Assembly (NCBI GenBank): GCA_913047795.1 | Contig: CAJWTS010000011.1 | Span: forward strand, 5,232 to 69,231 | DNA length: 64,000 nucleotides | Direction: 5' to 3' | From: an uncultured Verrucomicrobiota bacterium | GTDB lineage: Bacteria; Verrucomicrobiota; Kiritimatiellia; CAJWTS01 | In this document: positions 60,999 to 64,000 of the stretch, piece by piece | How positions within the stretch are numbered: the first letter of the stretch is position 1 | Layout of the letters: every line of letters starts with the position of its first letter | The notes under the pieces: model-generated | Told to the model about the DNA's origin: nothing | Database searches by the model: none | Seen by the model: the letters and a program-made list of their open reading frames with translations, nothing else | Made by a program: the position numbers and the translations under genes

Positions 60999-62243
60999 AT
61001 GCCACTGAATCTGCTTAAATTCGCATTCCGTAGCGACTACGGCGAGCCGCGCATGTTTCGTCGGCCGGACCGCCTTCGCGAGGAGTACGACGTCGTCATC
61101 ATCGGCGGTGGCGGGCATGGTCTTGCAGCGGCTTACTATCTTGCAGTCGAACACGGCATTACCAACGTTGCGGTTCTGGAGAAATCGTACATCGGGTCCG
61201 GCGGCACGGGACGTAACACGGCCATTGTGCGCTCGAACTACCTGACGGAGGAGGGCGCGCGGTTCTACCAGGCCAGCGTCGACCTCTTTCGTGACCTGTC
61301 ACGCACCCTCGATCTCAACCTGTTTTATTCCGAACGAGGGCATTTCACCATGGCACATTCATTGGCCTCGCTGCGTACGCAGCGATGGCGTGCCGAGGTG
61401 AACAAACACCTTGGCATTGATTCGCAAGAGGTGGGGCCGGACTTCATTAAGGAGAAGATTCCCGAGATCGACCTGACCTGTGGCGGGCATCAGCCGCCGA
61501 TTTGTGGTGCGCTCTACCACCCGCCCGGCGCGATCGCCCGGCATGATGCGGTGGCCTGGGGCTATGCGCGCGGCGCGGATCAACGTGGCTGCGAGATTCA
61601 TCAGGGCGTCTCGGTGACGGACATTGAAGTGCGCGACGGCGCTGTCACCGGTGTGCATACGGATAAGGGCTTTGTGAAGACAACGCGCGTGCTCTCGGCC
61701 GTGGCGGGTTGGACGACCCATATCCAAAAGATGGTGGGGCTGCGCTCGCCACTCGTGATTCATCCGCTGCAGGCTCTGGTCACCGAGCCGTTGAAGCCGT
61801 GGTTGAACGCGATTGTTGTATCGGCGTCCCTGCATACGTATATCAGTCAGTCATCGCGCGGGGAGCTTGTGGCGGGTGCATCGCTCGATCCTTATGAGCT
61901 CATCTCGATGCGTTCCACGCTCGATTTCGCCGAAACGATGGCCGGTCACATGATGGATCTGTTCCCGTTCCTCGGGGACATCAAGATCATGCGCCAATGG
62001 GCCGGCCTCTGCGACATGACTCCGGACTTCTCGCCGATCATGGGGACCACCGCGATCGACGGATTTTTCCTCGACGCCGGCTGGGGTACCTGGGGATTCA
62101 AGGCGACGCCCATCAGTGGGTATGCCATGGCACACACCATTGCGACCGGCGATAACCACGATTTGATTCGTCCGTTCAACTTGTCCCGTTTTTCGGAATT
62201 CGATCAAGTCGGCGAGAAGGGCGCTGCGTCGGTCGGACATTAG
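60999..62243 (+). CDS. soxB: sarcosine oxidase beta-family subunit (MgdA-like)
   Basis: GGGGHGLAAAYYLA, GRNTAIVRSNY, ARHDAVAWGY, GWGTWGFKATP, EKGAASVGH. Confidence 0.9.
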   Translation: MPLNLLKFAFRSDYGEPRMFRRPDRLREEYDVVIIGGGGHGLAAAYYLAVEHGITNVAVLEKSYIGSGGTGRNTAIVRSNYLTEEGARFYQASVDLFRDLSRTLDLNLFYSERGHFTMAHSLASLRTQRWRAEVNKHLGIDSQEVGPDFIKEKIPEIDLTCGGHQPPICGALYHPPGAIARHDAVAWGYARGADQRGCEIHQGVSVTDIEVRDGAVTGVHTDKGFVKTTRVLSAVAGWTTHIQKMVGLRSPLVIHPLQALVTEPLKPWLNAIVVSASLHTYISQSSRGELVAGASLDPYELISMRSTLDFAETMAGHMMDLFPFLGDIKIMRQWAGLCDMTPDFSPIMGTTAIDGFFLDAGWGTWGFKATPISGYAMAHTIATGDNHDLIRPFNLSRFSEFDQVGEKGAASVGH

Positions 62244-62245
62244 CC

Positions 62246-62509
62246 ATGAAGATACTGACATGTCCCGTTAATGGCCCGCGGCCGATCCAGGAGTTCACGT
62301 ATGGCGGCGAAGTCCGCGACATGCCTTGTCCCGACACGAGCACCGACACGCAGTGGGCGGATTATATCTTTAACCGCACGGGCGAACCGGGTGTGCGACG
62401 CGAGTGGTGGCACCACGGTCCGTCGGGAGTCTGGTTCGTGGCGGAGCGCGATATCATCGGGGATAACGTCCTGAAGACCTATCTCTGGTCCGCGCGGGAG
62501 ACGCCGTGA
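62246..62509 (+). CDS. soxD: sarcosine oxidase delta-family subunit (MgdB-like)
   Basis: CPVNGPR..EFTYGGE, WADYIF, EWWHH, ERD. Confidence 0.88.
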   Translation: MKILTCPVNGPRPIQEFTYGGEVRDMPCPDTSTDTQWADYIFNRTGEPGVRREWWHHGPSGVWFVAERDIIGDNVLKTYLWSARETP

Positions 62510-63468
62510 TTCGACGCCTTCCATCACAACCAGGGGAATGGATCGATCGCGGTCGGGAGATTGCGTTTGAATTCGAGGGTCGGCTGTTGACCGGTGCGCA
62601 CGGGGATACGATCAATAGCGCGCTCTGTGCCAACGGGGTCCGCGTCATCGGTCGCAGCTTCAAATATCATCGGCCGCGCGGCGTCTACAGTATGGCGGGT
62701 CATGATGCCGCCGGATTGTTCACGGATGGCGAACGTACGAATATGCGTGGCGATGCGGTTGCCCTTGTCGACGGCATGTGCCTGAGGGCGGTCAACACAT
62801 TCGGCAATGTGGAGCGTGACCGCATGAGTATCACGGGGCGCTTTGCGAAACTGATGCCCGTGGGATTTTACTATAAAGCCTTCTTTCGTCCGCGGTGGAT
62901 GTTCCCCTGGTTTGAAAGTTTGATTCGGCGTATCGCCGGCCAGGGCGCGATTAACTCCGCTTTTCCGGCAACGAAGAGCCCCAAGGACTATGCGTGGTGC
63001 GACGTGCTCGTCGTCGGTGGCGGGCCGTCGGGCCTGAGCGCTGCACTTGCCGCAGCTGATGCCGGGGCAGGGGTACTGTTGGTCGATGAGAATGCGCGTT
63101 TGGGCGGGTCTCTTGCATGGGGCGCTACCGTGCGGAAAGATGACGAGGGTCTTGTTGATCGCGTCCATGCGCATGACTCGATCGAGGTGCGCTGTGGGAC
63201 TTCCGTCGCGGGAGTCTACACGGATCATTGGGTGGCGCTTGTTGATGCCGACCGGCTGACCAAGTTGCGGGCGAAGGCGATCGTGTTCGCGACCGGGGCG
63301 ATCGAGCAGCCTGCCGTCTTCCAGAATAACGATCTTCCGGGTGTCATGCTGGCTTCTGCAGCGCAGCGACTGGTGCGGCTCTATTCCGTCAAACCGTTCG
63401 ATCGCGTCGTGACGTTGACCGTCCTCGAGGATCACAATCTCATCTGGCTCTACGAGACGAGTTGGTAA
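62506..63468 (+). pseudogene. soxA: sarcosine oxidase alpha-family subunit (MgdC-like), 3'-truncated
   Basis: GRSFKYHRPRG, VGFYYKAF, GGGPSGL, ATGAIEQP, NDLPGVML. Only 320 aa, against roughly 950-1000 aa for full alpha subunits; no aminomethyltransferase domain. Confidence 0.8.
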
Positions 63469-63522
63469 AGGAAGCGGTGAGAGTTCTCAATGAATGAGCG
63501 ACGTTATTCGAGGAAGAGATAG

Positions 63523-64000
63523 ATGCCATTTGATATTTCAAAATTACTGATTTCACTCCTTCTGGTTTGTACCTTCATGACGATTGACCTCTGGACGAAG
63601 CGTGAAGTCTGGAAATTGGATAGTTCATCAAGGGCATCGTTAATTTCTGGTGACAAGGTAACGATAACGGCGCCCGTAAGAAATTACGGCGGTCCCGGAA
63701 TTTTTAGTCACGACACTCCCGATCAGAGCTTCCGCTACTGGCATATTTTTGTCGCCTTAACATCATTGGCATGCTTTTGGTGTCTCGTGCTTTCTGACGA
63801 ACGCATCTGGCATTCCGCGATTGGCGCGATATCTGTCGGAGGCATGTGGGGGAACGTTTATGAAATGTTGATTTACGGTAGTGTGACGGATTTTATCCGT
63901 TTGAACGGATCGGGGGTCCTGAACGACTTAACTTTTAATGTTGCCGACGTCTTTATATTTGCAGGTCTTCCACTCTTCTACCTCACTAGCGAAATGCGGC
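63523..64000 (+). CDS. lipoprotein signal peptidase II-like protein (3'-partial, absent from the ORF track)
   Basis: Manual translation: MPFDISK...IDLWTK...RNYGG...GGMWGNVYE...GSVTDFI...FNVADVFI. Frame stays open to the window end; AT-rich. Confidence 0.8.
   Translation, partial: MPFDISKLLISLLLVCTFMTIDLWTKREVWKLDSSSRASLISGDKVTITAPVRNYGGPGIFSHDTPDQSFRYWHIFVALTSLACFWCLVLSDERIWHSAIGAISVGGMWGNVYEMLIYGSVTDFIRLNGSGVLNDLTFNVADVFIFAGLPLFYLTSEMR

Overview
High-GC bacterial chromosomal window. The gene families suggest a PVC-superphylum (Kiritimatiellae/Verrucomicrobia/Lentisphaerae-like) genome, possibly a MAG; this is inference only. Core content: a Gld/DUF4340/AsmA envelope cluster, a DtxR/MntR-regulated Mn/Zn/Fe ABC importer whose two permeases both carry C-terminal DtxR-like domains, ferrochelatase, a Ser/Thr kinase-PP2C pair, two radical SAM genes, an Rrf2-sufBCDSU operon, a secreted Ni-SOD, a GltD-like flavoprotein, the pyruvate dehydrogenase operon beside a 5'-truncated PFOR-like gene, an ECF sigma/anti-sigma pair, an SGNH/glycosyltransferase surface-modification region, and an N-methylglutamate (methylamine) pathway cluster whose last gene is cut short. 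The main structure not shown by the ORF track is an integron gene-cassette array on the minus strand (about 50.9-54.65 kb). It has four complete attC sites plus one partial site, matching R'/R'' cores for three cassettes, ORFs that read through attC, and no integrase in the window. Also found: an internally deleted PHP-hydrolase pseudogene and an LspA-like ORF missed by the ORF track. No rRNA, tRNA or CRISPR was seen.
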